Made by a program: the position numbers and the translations under genes. From assembly GCA_963771275.1 (NCBI GenBank), contig CAVYSW010000009.1, positions 384,001 to 448,000 on the forward strand: 64,000 bases of DNA, read 5' to 3'. The notes below the pieces were generated by a model that was given only the letters and a program-made list of their open reading frames with translations, was not told where the DNA came from and made no database searches. This stretch comes from an uncultured Gemmatimonadales bacterium (GTDB lineage Bacteria > Gemmatimonadota > Gemmatimonadetes > Gemmatimonadales > GWC2-71-9). Shown one piece after another: positions 56,901 through 64,000 of the stretch (within the stretch, counting starts at the first letter, position 1; each line of letters opens with the position of its first letter).

Positions 56901-57658
56901 TCGTGCTGAGGCGGGATGCGCCGTACCTCGAGGTGGAGAACGACGTGGACTGGCACGAGCGGCGTAAGCTGCTCAAGGTGGGATTCGCGCTGGCCGTGGC
57001 GCCGGACTCGGCGACCTACGAGATCCCCTACGGGACGATCGGCCGGTCGGGCCGGCCGCGCACGCAGGCGGAGCGCGCCAAGTACGAGGTGCCGGGGCAG
57101 CGCTGGGCCGACGTGTCGGCGGGGGATTACGGCGTCGCGATCCTCAACGATTCCAAGGACGGGTGGGACTACCAGGCCGGCCCCGCGGGCAGCGTGTTGC
57201 GGCTCTCCTTGCTCAAGGCCCCGATCTGGCCGGACTCCACGGCCGACCGCGGGCGGCAGCGGTTCCGGTTCGCGGTCTACCCGCACGCCGGCGACTGGCG
57301 TGCCGCCGGGATCGACCGCCGGGCCGCGGAGTACAACATCCCGCTGCTCGCCGGGACCGAGCCGTCGCACGCAGGTCCGCTCGGCGGAGCGGTGTCGTTC
57401 GCGGGGGTCGAGCCGGGCGACGTTCAGCTCACCTGGCTCAAGCGCGCCGAGGACGGAGACCGCTGGGTGCTCCGACTGGTGGAATGGCACGGTCGGGCGA
57501 CCGAGGCGACCGTGACGCTGCGCTGCGCGGGCGCGCGTGCCTGGCGCGCCAACCTGCTCGAGGACGTCGGCGCGCCCGTGGCGGTCGAGGCGGGCCGGAT
57601 TCGGATGCCGCTCCGGCCGTTCGAGATCACTACCTTGCTCGTGGAGTGCACGCCATGA
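53915..57658 (+). CDS. Secreted GH38 alpha-mannosidase with long N-terminal extension
   Basis: Signal peptide AQA-Q; SHIDAAWLW, WTPDTFGY, GDHGGGP, EYHRGTYT and FHDILPGS motifs. Confidence 0.88.
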   Translation: MRRTFLLLAVAAAGLTPRAQAQDRLISDWLIRAPIPADQGDAGVLKDYLGNEATVLPAPGDTAAGGPFRLIHADSLGRVNLTALAGPSDWSVAYAHTYVLAPTERTILLVMDSDDDIVARVNGQRVWVHVVPRGIGPGRDTVRVRLAAGWNSVLLKVVNRTGGFDLLGRLADAPGGGSVGDLTLSTDRPPGMTAHRYPAATVELGPLTVSGTARWKRGDLLVSAAVAVTAWGADTIRDARVTVSGARQTLIDRTVAALAPGEPLPIDLPARFDDLKDAAAGRRPLTATARTGGGARRTALFVDPEPLLRLQGGPLDVFDPVADTSPPVAPFRTTLVVPPAYGGLTLDLLTLGMGRGARYVVNGAARSWDAGRIPLCGPCRVGETLALAITPDPARPLWFAPRAQVREAGFAEYADGYRYAQALEGAAPAITRPDPAAWLAALGTPADAALRERYRAAYAPLAQRIRQDTLLLIGNSHIDAAWLWRWRETIDVIRNTWRTSLKLADIFPGYVFAGSSAAFYDAMDRLEPGLADSLRAATRAGAWAPVGGWWVESDMNNASGESLIRQGLYGQRYFQRRFGMRSTVAWTPDTFGYPWTVPQILKGTGFDYFVTQKIRWNDSTEFPYNAFIWEGRDGSRIFAYNPYGYTHDLAPADLIRERVEDRARTGNHHQIVLYGVGDHGGGPTIEMLERAERLRRVPTFPVMRYAGPEEALPAVAHDTPAAGFPVWRDEMYLEYHRGTYTTQAAMKRRNRESEIRLQTAEALATVDPGAYPHAQLESAWRRVLFNEFHDILPGSGIDSVYLDANANYDSAWATLDTVTASAFELLRARMDTRGRGTPVVVFNALSWARGGRVPVAGPAGDTTWLVVDSVPPLGARVAHLPGGARPASFARLPAPSAGAGWIENAFLRVEIDTLTGTVTRIRDKRHGREVLAQGGRANVLQVLDDRPAQWDAWDIMPNPETWEVTAVRQTGGTADRDAARFTVERSWGTSVFRQALVLRRDAPYLEVENDVDWHERRKLLKVGFALAVAPDSATYEIPYGTIGRSGRPRTQAERAKYEVPGQRWADVSAGDYGVAILNDSKDGWDYQAGPAGSVLRLSLLKAPIWPDSTADRGRQRFRFAVYPHAGDWRAAGIDRRAAEYNIPLLAGTEPSHAGPLGGAVSFAGVEPGDVQLTWLKRAEDGDRWVLRLVEWHGRATEATVTLRCAGARAWRANLLEDVGAPVAVEAGRIRMPLRPFEITTLLVECTP

Positions 57659-58569
57659 CGCACGCTCGTCGCGTTCTGCCCGCGCTGCTGCTGCCGCTGG
57701 TCGCCTGCGCGGGCGGCCGGAAGCAGGGGCGCCCGCAGGTGGGGGTCACGCTGCTCACCGAAGCCCACGTGTTCTACCAGGACCTGAAGCGCGGCATGCA
57801 GCAGGCGGCGGACAGCCTGGGCATCGACCTGCACATCGTGGCGGGCGAGTGGGACCTCGCGCGGCAGACGGCGCAGGTGCAGGGGTTCGTGACGCAGAAG
57901 ATGAACGCCGTGATCATCGCCCCGGTCAACTCGAGCGGCATCGTGAGCGCGGTGGAGGAGGCGCGAGCCGCCGGCATCCCGGTGTTCACCGCGGACATCG
58001 CCGCCGACGGGGGCGGCGTGGTGTCGCACATCGCCAGCGACAACCGGCAGGGCGGCCGCCTGCTCGGCGAGTACCTCGCGGCGCGGCTCAACGGCAAGGG
58101 CGCCATCGCGATCCTCGATCAGCCGACCGTGCGGAGCGTGCAGGACCGCGTGGCGGGCTTTCGCGAGGCGATCGCGGCGTATCCGGGCATGACGGTGGTC
58201 GCCGATCCCGCCGTGGAGCGCGGGCTGCGCGACGTGGCCAAGCAGAAGGCCGACAATCTGCTGGCGGGCGGCCGCCGGATCGACGCGATCTTCGGCAGCA
58301 ACGACGATTGCGCGCTGGGCGCGCTGGCCGCGGTGCAGGCCGCCGGCCGCAACGACATCCTGATCGTGGGCTACGATGCGACGCCCGAGGCCCGCACCGC
58401 GATCGCCGGCGGGACGGCGCTCGCGGCGGACGCCGTGCAGCACCCCGAGGTGATCGGGCGCCGGGCGGTGGAGACGGTCGCGGCGTATCTCAAGGGCGAG
58501 CACGTGCCGGAGCGCATCGCCGTGCCGGTGAGCCTCGTGGACCGCGACTCCCTGCGGACGGGACGCTGA
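57655..58569 (+). CDS. Sugar ABC substrate-binding lipoprotein (RbsB-like)
   Basis: Lipobox LVAC; GIPVFT.D, ASDN, R..GF, NDD.ALGA and GYD motifs. Confidence 0.88.
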   Translation: MTHARRVLPALLLPLVACAGGRKQGRPQVGVTLLTEAHVFYQDLKRGMQQAADSLGIDLHIVAGEWDLARQTAQVQGFVTQKMNAVIIAPVNSSGIVSAVEEARAAGIPVFTADIAADGGGVVSHIASDNRQGGRLLGEYLAARLNGKGAIAILDQPTVRSVQDRVAGFREAIAAYPGMTVVADPAVERGLRDVAKQKADNLLAGGRRIDAIFGSNDDCALGALAAVQAAGRNDILIVGYDATPEARTAIAGGTALAADAVQHPEVIGRRAVETVAAYLKGEHVPERIAVPVSLVDRDSLRTGR

Positions 58570-58579
58570 GGAGCCGATC

Positions 58580-59428
58580 ATGCTGATGCTCGACGGGATC
58601 GCGGTCGATGTCGCGGGGCGGACCGACATCGGCAAGGTGCGCGCGGTGAACGAAGACCAGTTCCTGATCGCGGCCCTGCACAAGCTGATCGATATCCACG
58701 ACACCAGCCTGCCCGACCGGTACCGCACGCGGATCCACTCGGGCGCGCGGGCGGTGGTCCTGCTGGTGGCGGACGGCGTGGGCGGCGCGCCCGCGGGCGA
58801 GCGCGCCAGCTCGATCACCTTGGACGCGATCATGAACTACGTGACCCATTCGATGCGCTGCTTCTACGCGCTCGACCAGCAGGCGGCCCCCGATCTGCTC
58901 CACGAGCTGGCCGGCTCGGTCCGGCGGAGTCACGAGGCCGTCCTCGCCCAGGGAGCGGAGTCGCCCGAGCACGCCGGCATGGCGACCACGCTCACCATGG
59001 CGCACGTGCTGTGGCCGCGCGCCTACGTCGTCCACATCGGCGACAGCCGCTGCTACCGCCTGCGCGGCGATCAGCTCGAGCTGGTGACCCGGGATCAGAC
59101 CCTGAGCCAGGCGCTCGTGGAGAGCGGCGAGATCTCGCAAGAGCAGGCGCAGCGCTCGCCGTTTGCGCACGTGCTGTTGCAGGCGATCGGTGGGCCGCAG
59201 GACATCGAACCGGCGGTTTCCCAGATCGACCTCGAGCCGGGCGACACGCTGCTGCTGTGTACGGACGGCCTCACCAAGCACGTGGCACGGAACGAGATGG
59301 CGGCGCTGCTCACCGGCGCGGCGAGCGCCGCCGACGCGGCGCGCGCCCTGATCGACACCGCGCTCGCGGGCGGCGGCAGCGACAACGTCACCGCCGTCGT
59401 CGCGCGGCTCACCCGGCCGGCGGCGTGA
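58580..59428 (+). CDS. PP2C/PPM-family protein phosphatase
   Basis: R..NED, VADGVGG, HIGDSR, LCTDGL and GGSDNVT motifs. Confidence 0.9.
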   Translation: MLMLDGIAVDVAGRTDIGKVRAVNEDQFLIAALHKLIDIHDTSLPDRYRTRIHSGARAVVLLVADGVGGAPAGERASSITLDAIMNYVTHSMRCFYALDQQAAPDLLHELAGSVRRSHEAVLAQGAESPEHAGMATTLTMAHVLWPRAYVVHIGDSRCYRLRGDQLELVTRDQTLSQALVESGEISQEQAQRSPFAHVLLQAIGGPQDIEPAVSQIDLEPGDTLLLCTDGLTKHVARNEMAALLTGAASAADAARALIDTALAGGGSDNVTAVVARLTRPAA

Positions 59429-60270
59429 CCCGCCGTACACTGCTCGGCCTGCTGGCGGCGCTCGCCGCCGGCGCGACCGCGTGCACCGAGAGCCCGCCAC
59501 TCCGCGTGATGACCTTCAACATTCGCTACGGCACCGCGTCGGACGGCGAGAACGCCTGGGCCCAACGGAGCGGTCGCCTGTTCAACGTCGTCGCGGCCGA
59601 GCGGCCGGACGTGCTGGGCGTGCAGGAGGCGCTGCGGTTCCAGCTCGACGAGCTGCACGATCGGTTTCCGGAGTTCGCGGAGATCGGTGTGGGCCGCGAC
59701 GACGGCAAGACCGCCGGCGAGTACGCCGCGATTTTCTACCGCACCGACCGACTTGCCGTGGACACCAGCGGCACGTTCTGGCTGTCGGACACGCCCGAGG
59801 TGCCTGGCTCGGTCTCGTGGGGCAATCACGTCACGCGGATCTGCACCTGGGCCCTGCTCACGGACCGGCGGACGGGGACACGACTCGCGGCGTTCAATCT
59901 CCATCTGGACCACGAGTCCCAGCCGGCCCGCGAGCGGGGCGCGGAACTGGTGATGCGCCGCATGCCGGCCATCGCGGGTGACCTGCCGACGATCCTCACC
60001 GGCGATTTCAACGCGGGGGAGGACAACCCGGCGGTCGCGACGGTGCTCCACGCCGGGATGCGTGACACGTTTCGCGCGCTCCACCCGGACGCCCGCTGGG
60101 TGGGCACGTTCAACGGCTTCACCGGCGACAGCACGGGCCCCAAGATCGATTACGTGTTCGTGGGCCCCACGTGGGAGATCCTCGACGCCGCGATTGGCCG
60201 ATCACGTCCGGGCGGGCGGGACGCCTCGGACCACTTCCCGGTCACGGCTGCCATGCGGCTCGCCCGCTAG
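59425..60270 (+). CDS. Endonuclease/exonuclease/phosphatase (EEP) family lipoprotein
   Basis: MTFNIR, GVQE, HLDH, GDFN, KIDY and ASDH motifs; ATAC lipobox-like; GTGA overlap. Confidence 0.87.
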   Translation: MTRRTLLGLLAALAAGATACTESPPLRVMTFNIRYGTASDGENAWAQRSGRLFNVVAAERPDVLGVQEALRFQLDELHDRFPEFAEIGVGRDDGKTAGEYAAIFYRTDRLAVDTSGTFWLSDTPEVPGSVSWGNHVTRICTWALLTDRRTGTRLAAFNLHLDHESQPARERGAELVMRRMPAIAGDLPTILTGDFNAGEDNPAVATVLHAGMRDTFRALHPDARWVGTFNGFTGDSTGPKIDYVFVGPTWEILDAAIGRSRPGGRDASDHFPVTAAMRLAR

Positions 60271-60297
60271 CGTCGTTCCGGCTGTCGCCGGCCAAGG

Positions 60298-60780
60298 CTA
60301 CGGCGGCAGGATCTCGTACGATCCCGCCGGCAGCCGGTCGGTCCACCACCCATCGGGACCGCCCTGGAGCCTGGCTGCAAAGTAGTACGTGCCTTGCCCC
60401 GACATCTGGAGAATGTCGGAGTATGGTATGACGGTCGTGCCGAACGCCTGGCTCCCTCGGGGCGGGATGTTCACCCCCATCTCAAGTCCCGCCGTACACC
60501 GATGATCGAAGTCCTGACTCCAGGCCGGAGATCCCGTCCGTTGCAGGTCGCGGTACGCGCTGAATTCCCAGCCACACCCATCCGCCGTTCCGACCAACGG
60601 CAGATCTCCGAAGTTGACCGCGGTGAGACTGGCGTAGAGGACACGCCCACGTTGGGTCAGTCCCAGCTCGTAGTCCACCACCAGGATGATGCTCCCGGTC
60701 CAGGGAGTCACGTCCCCGCAGCCAGGGCCCGCAAGGGCGAGCGCCGCCAGGGTCGCCGAAACACGAACGTTTGATATCAT
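60298..60780 (-). CDS. Hypothetical exported protein/lipoprotein with atypical codon usage
   Basis: Hydrophobic N-terminus ending GPGC; beta-rich body with two more Cys; no family recognised. Confidence 0.5.
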   Translation of the reverse strand: MISNVRVSATLAALALAGPGCGDVTPWTGSIILVVDYELGLTQRGRVLYASLTAVNFGDLPLVGTADGCGWEFSAYRDLQRTGSPAWSQDFDHRCTAGLEMGVNIPPRGSQAFGTTVIPYSDILQMSGQGTYYFAARLQGGPDGWWTDRLPAGSYEILPP

Positions 60781-60955
60781 GGCACACCCCCCAAGCATCC
60801 ACCGTCAGTACGCGATCTGAAGCATCCCCACTATGCTCTCGATCTCGAAACTGACGTAGACCCACGGGCTGAACATTGCGTTACCCGTCTCGGGATCACG
60901 GCCCCAGTGAACGCCCACTAGCTTGATCGGGTTTCTTGAGGCGAGCGCAGGCCCC

Positions 60956-61237
60956 CTACTTCTGTCCCCCCAGCGAGAACGCCGCGTCGAGATCGCGGCG
61001 CGAGTACACGCGGAACGCGATCAGCGTCTCGGCCCCGTTGATGTGCGCCAGCTTGAGCATCCGGCCGGGCACGAGCGTGGCGAGATCCTCGTTGGAATGC
61101 ACCCGCACGACGGCCACCAGGTCGAACCGCCCCGCCACCGAGTACACCTCGCTCACGCCCTCGATCTCGGCCAGGGCCTGGGCGGTCTCGTGGATCCAAT
61201 CGTGCTCGACGCTGAGCAGGACGACGGCGGATACCAT
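60956..61237 (-). CDS. Stand-alone Lrp/AsnC ligand-binding domain protein
   Basis: LAEIEGVSEVYSVAGRFDLVAVVRV...ETLIAF; AAGGA SD. Confidence 0.85.
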   Translation of the reverse strand: MVSAVVLLSVEHDWIHETAQALAEIEGVSEVYSVAGRFDLVAVVRVHSNEDLATLVPGRMLKLAHINGAETLIAFRVYSRRDLDAAFSLGGQK

Positions 61238-61275
61238 GACGCGTTCCTTTTGGGGAGTGCGATCGAACTTACGAC

Positions 61276-61674
61276 TCAGCCCGCCGCCGGGCCAGCCGCG
61301 CGGGGCCTGAGCTCGGGCTCCGTGCCCCGGACCCGCGCGCGATCGAGCACGAGCGCCGGCGCCACAGGCGTCCGATCCTCGTCCAGCGCGCCGAGCGTCG
61401 CGTCGGCCGCCTGAAGCAGCGCTTCCACGTCCACGCCGAGATACGCCGGCCGGTAGGCGTCGAGCCGGGCCGCCGCCTTGCCGAGCTGCGCCCGCACGCC
61501 GTGGGCGTTCCCCCGCGCGACGTGGACGAACGCACTGGCGTAGAGGATCAGCCCCTGGTAGAAGTCGCTGCGCCCTTCGCGCCATGCGCCTTCCAGCTCC
61601 TCGTGGCTGTCCCAGTAGTGGGCCGCGTTGAACAGCCGGACGAACCGCTGGAGCGGGACGGGGAAATCAGGCAC
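61276..61674 (-). CDS. DUF309 protein
   Basis: LFN...YWDSHEELE..W and FYQGLI motifs. Confidence 0.82.
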   Translation of the reverse strand: MPDFPVPLQRFVRLFNAAHYWDSHEELEGAWREGRSDFYQGLILYASAFVHVARGNAHGVRAQLGKAAARLDAYRPAYLGVDVEALLQAADATLGALDEDRTPVAPALVLDRARVRGTEPELRPRAAGPAAG

Positions 61675-61692
61675 GGCGCAGGGCGACCTGGC

Positions 61693-61899
61693 TCAGCCGA
61701 GGGCGATCGTGCCGTCCACCACGTGCCGGGCGCCGATCGCCGGCAGCTCGAGCGTCATCCGCGCGGCCAGCGTCTCGGTGCCCTTGAGCCGTCCGGCGGC
61801 GAGCGCGTCACGCACCGCGACCTCGATGGCCCGCTGCGACGTCACCCCGACCTGTTTCAGGAACTTGCGGAGCTCGAGATTCAGCGTTTCCTCGTTCAT
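61693..61899 (-). CDS. Small conserved protein (DUF6494-like)
   Basis: MNEETLNLELRKFLKQVGVTSQRAIE pattern. Confidence 0.7.
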   Translation of the reverse strand: MNEETLNLELRKFLKQVGVTSQRAIEVAVRDALAAGRLKGTETLAARMTLELPAIGARHVVDGTIALG

Positions 61900-61972
61900 G
61901 TGATCCCCCGTGGGCAGGCGCACCTTGTACTGGTATGATTCGGCCCATGTTCCGGCAAGCCCTCACCCGCCC

Positions 61973-63337
61973 ATGACGACGCCGCGGCAGATGCTCGCGG
62001 ACCTGCTGCGCCTGGCCGTCCCGGTGGCCACGGTGCAGGTGGGGCTGATGACCATGGGGGTGGTGGACACGGTGATGGTGGGCCGCGTGTCCGCCACCGC
62101 GCTCGCGGCCGTGGCGCTCGGCAACCTCTACTTCATCAGCATCGCGGTGCTCGGGATCGGCGTGCTGATGGCGCTCGACCCGGTGATCGCCCAGGGCGTG
62201 GGCGCGGGGGACGACGTCGCGGTGGCCCGCGGGCTGCAACGCGGGCTCGTCGTGACGGCCGGCGTGAGCGTCGTGACCGCCACCCTGCTCCTCCCCGCCG
62301 AGCCGCTGCTCACGCTGCTCCACCAGCCACCCGAGGTCGTGCCCGTTGCCGCGCAGTACGCCCGTGTGCTGATCCCCGGCGTCGTGCCGTTCTTCGTCTT
62401 CGTCGTGTTCCGCCAGACGCTCCAGGCAATGGGGCACGTCCGCCCGCTCGTCGTCACGATCATCGCCGCCAACCTCGCGAACGCGCTGCTCAACTGGGCC
62501 TTCATCTTCGGCCACCTGGGCTTTCCGGCGCTCGGCGCGGTCGGGGCCGCGTGGGCCACCACCACGAGCCGCTGGCTGATGACGCTGGGGCTGCTCGCGG
62601 CCGCGTGGCGCGCCCTCCGCCCGCTGATCGCGCCGCTCCACGCCGACGCCCTGGCGCGCGAGCCGCTCGCCCGCCTGCTCCGGATCGGCGTGCCGATCGC
62701 GATGCAGCATGCGCTGGAGTTCAGCGCGTTCGGGCTCATCGCCGTGCTGATGGGGACACTGGGGACGGTCCAGATGGCGGCCCACCAGGTGGCCATCAAC
62801 CTCGCGTCGCTCACGTTCATGGTCCCGCTGGGGATCGGCTCCGCCGCCGCGGTGCTGGTGGGCCGCGCCGTGGGACGCGGCGACCACGCGGACGCGCGCC
62901 GGGCCGCCGTGACCGCGCTCGCCACCGGGGTCACGTTCATGAGCGCCAGCGCGGTGATCATGCTCGCGGTGCCGGCGTTCCTCGCGGCCCTCTACACCAA
63001 CGACCCCGCCGTGCTCGCGCTCACCGCGGCCTTGATTCCCATCGCCGGCGTGTTCCAGGTGTTCGACGGCACGCAGGTCGTGGCGATGGGCACGCTGCGC
63101 GGCATCGGCGACACGCGGGGCCCGATGCTGATGAGCCTGCTCGGCTTCTGGTGCGTGGGCGTCCCGGTGAGCGTGTTCCTCGGCTTCCACGCGGGCGCGG
63201 GCCCCAAGGGACTGTGGTGGGGGTTCGTGGCCGGGCTCGCGGCGGTGGCGCTGCTCCTGCTGGTCCGGATGCGGCACCGGTTCCGCGGCGATCTCCGGCG
63301 CGTGGTGCTCGACGAGGCGACGGCCCGGGCACCCTGA
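61973..63337 (+). CDS. MATE-family efflux transporter (NorM-like)
   Basis: VDTVMVGR, AAHQVAIN and FQVFDGTQ...LRG.GDT motifs; about 12 TM segments. Confidence 0.9.
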   Translation: MTTPRQMLADLLRLAVPVATVQVGLMTMGVVDTVMVGRVSATALAAVALGNLYFISIAVLGIGVLMALDPVIAQGVGAGDDVAVARGLQRGLVVTAGVSVVTATLLLPAEPLLTLLHQPPEVVPVAAQYARVLIPGVVPFFVFVVFRQTLQAMGHVRPLVVTIIAANLANALLNWAFIFGHLGFPALGAVGAAWATTTSRWLMTLGLLAAAWRALRPLIAPLHADALAREPLARLLRIGVPIAMQHALEFSAFGLIAVLMGTLGTVQMAAHQVAINLASLTFMVPLGIGSAAAVLVGRAVGRGDHADARRAAVTALATGVTFMSASAVIMLAVPAFLAALYTNDPAVLALTAALIPIAGVFQVFDGTQVVAMGTLRGIGDTRGPMLMSLLGFWCVGVPVSVFLGFHAGAGPKGLWWGFVAGLAAVALLLLVRMRHRFRGDLRRVVLDEATARAP

Positions 63338-63371
63338 CCGACAGCGTGACGGTGCCGGCCAAGTCAGGACC

Positions 63372-63454
63372 ACCGCAGAGGACGCAGAGACCGCAGAGGT
63401 GGAGGCGGTGGTGCACATCCACAACGTCTCTGCGTCCTCTGCGCGCTCTGCGGT
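63372..63454. repeat. Intergenic hairpin of three 9-bp NNCGCAGAG units per arm
   Basis: ACCGCAGAG-GACGCAGAG-ACCGCAGAG / CTCTGCGTC-CTCTGCGCG-CTCTGCGGT, with a 29-nt loop. Confidence 0.8.
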
Positions 63455-63505
63455 TGACGCGAAGGAACTCACGGCGCTGCCGCCGGGAGGTCGGGTACCG
63501 ACGAC

Positions 63506-64000
63506 CTACTCCCCCGTCACCACCAGCACCGCGAGAACCGGCCGATGATCGGACGCCAGCCGCTCGTCCACCACGCGGTACTCCAGCAGCCGAAACCGGC
63601 CGGCCGGCCGGTACAGCACGAAGTCGATCTCCTGGACGGGCTGGTCGGCGGGGAACGTGCAATGGGCGTCGGGCGGCTTCGCCGGCATGTACCAGTGGCG
63701 ACTCAGCAGATCGAGCACGCTCCCGCCGGGCTGGGAATTGAAATCCCCCACGAGCAGGACCGGGGCGGTCTCGTGCGCGAAGATCTCGACCAGCCGCCTG
63801 GCCTGCGCCAGGCGCTCGTCCTCGGTGCGGTACAGGTGAATGCCCACGAACACCATCTCGGGTGCGGTGGGCGTCACGCGAATCCGCGCGGCGAGCGCCG
63901 AGCGAGGTTCCTCACCCTCGGGCAGGACGTGCGTGGTCGAGTCGAGGATCGGGGCCGTGGACAGCACCGCCATGCCGTACTGTCCGCCGCGGTAGTCCAT
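63506..64000 (-). CDS. EEP-family protein, N-terminus beyond the window end
   Basis: YGMAVLS, HL, VGDFN, IDF and ASDHRPV motifs. Confidence 0.85.
   Translation of the reverse strand: MDYRGGQYGMAVLSTAPILDSTTHVLPEGEEPRSALAARIRVTPTAPEMVFVGIHLYRTEDERLAQARRLVEIFAHETAPVLLVGDFNSQPGGSVLDLLSRHWYMPAKPPDAHCTFPADQPVQEIDFVLYRPAGRFRLLEYRVVDERLASDHRPVLAVLVVTGE

Noticed and set aside
1..64000. CRISPR arrays, tRNA/rRNA, IS elements, integrases, prophage or defence genes
   Set aside because: No repeat-spacer periodicity, cloverleaf, terminal inverted repeats with transposase, or relevant protein motifs seen by eye; a covariance-model scan would be needed to exclude small RNAs.

Overview
High-GC bacterial chromosome segment. 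Gene content and style suggest Gemmatimonadota (inference only). The window has four parts. (1) A large phosphate-starvation locus: PiT/DUF47, phoBR, a GT4-phosphodiesterase-PAP2 operon, a TonB receptor with two lipoproteins, pstSCABB-phoU and porin-pstS2. (2) A ~16 kb arsenic/thiol-redox/metal island (5.7-21.9 kb) splitting that locus: three ArsR regulators, ArsP-like permease, thioredoxin-fold proteins, CcdA, a Crp/Fnr-FmdE-TauE-porin-CcmH-CDF module, and acr3-metallophosphoesterase-arsDA with no arsC. (3) Housekeeping genes: rhomboid, dnaK, degP, caa3-type oxidase, greA. (4) A sugar ABC/GH38 operon and miscellaneous genes. The strongest non-genic signal is a promoter architecture repeated six times: four GTNAC-like pentamers at 11-bp spacing, then 10 nt, then an NANNNT -10-like hexamer. 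It defines a putative PhoB regulon that includes a candidate phospholipid-to-glycolipid remodelling operon. Also noted: a pair of unannotated zinc-ribbon microproteins co-oriented with the rhomboid, a sigma54-like dnaK promoter, a CX3CH cytochrome and two tandem-unit hairpin repeats. Seven single-base frameshifts in G/C runs look like assembly errors. No rRNA, tRNA, CRISPR array, transposase or integrase was seen. All product calls come from motif recognition by eye, not from database searches.
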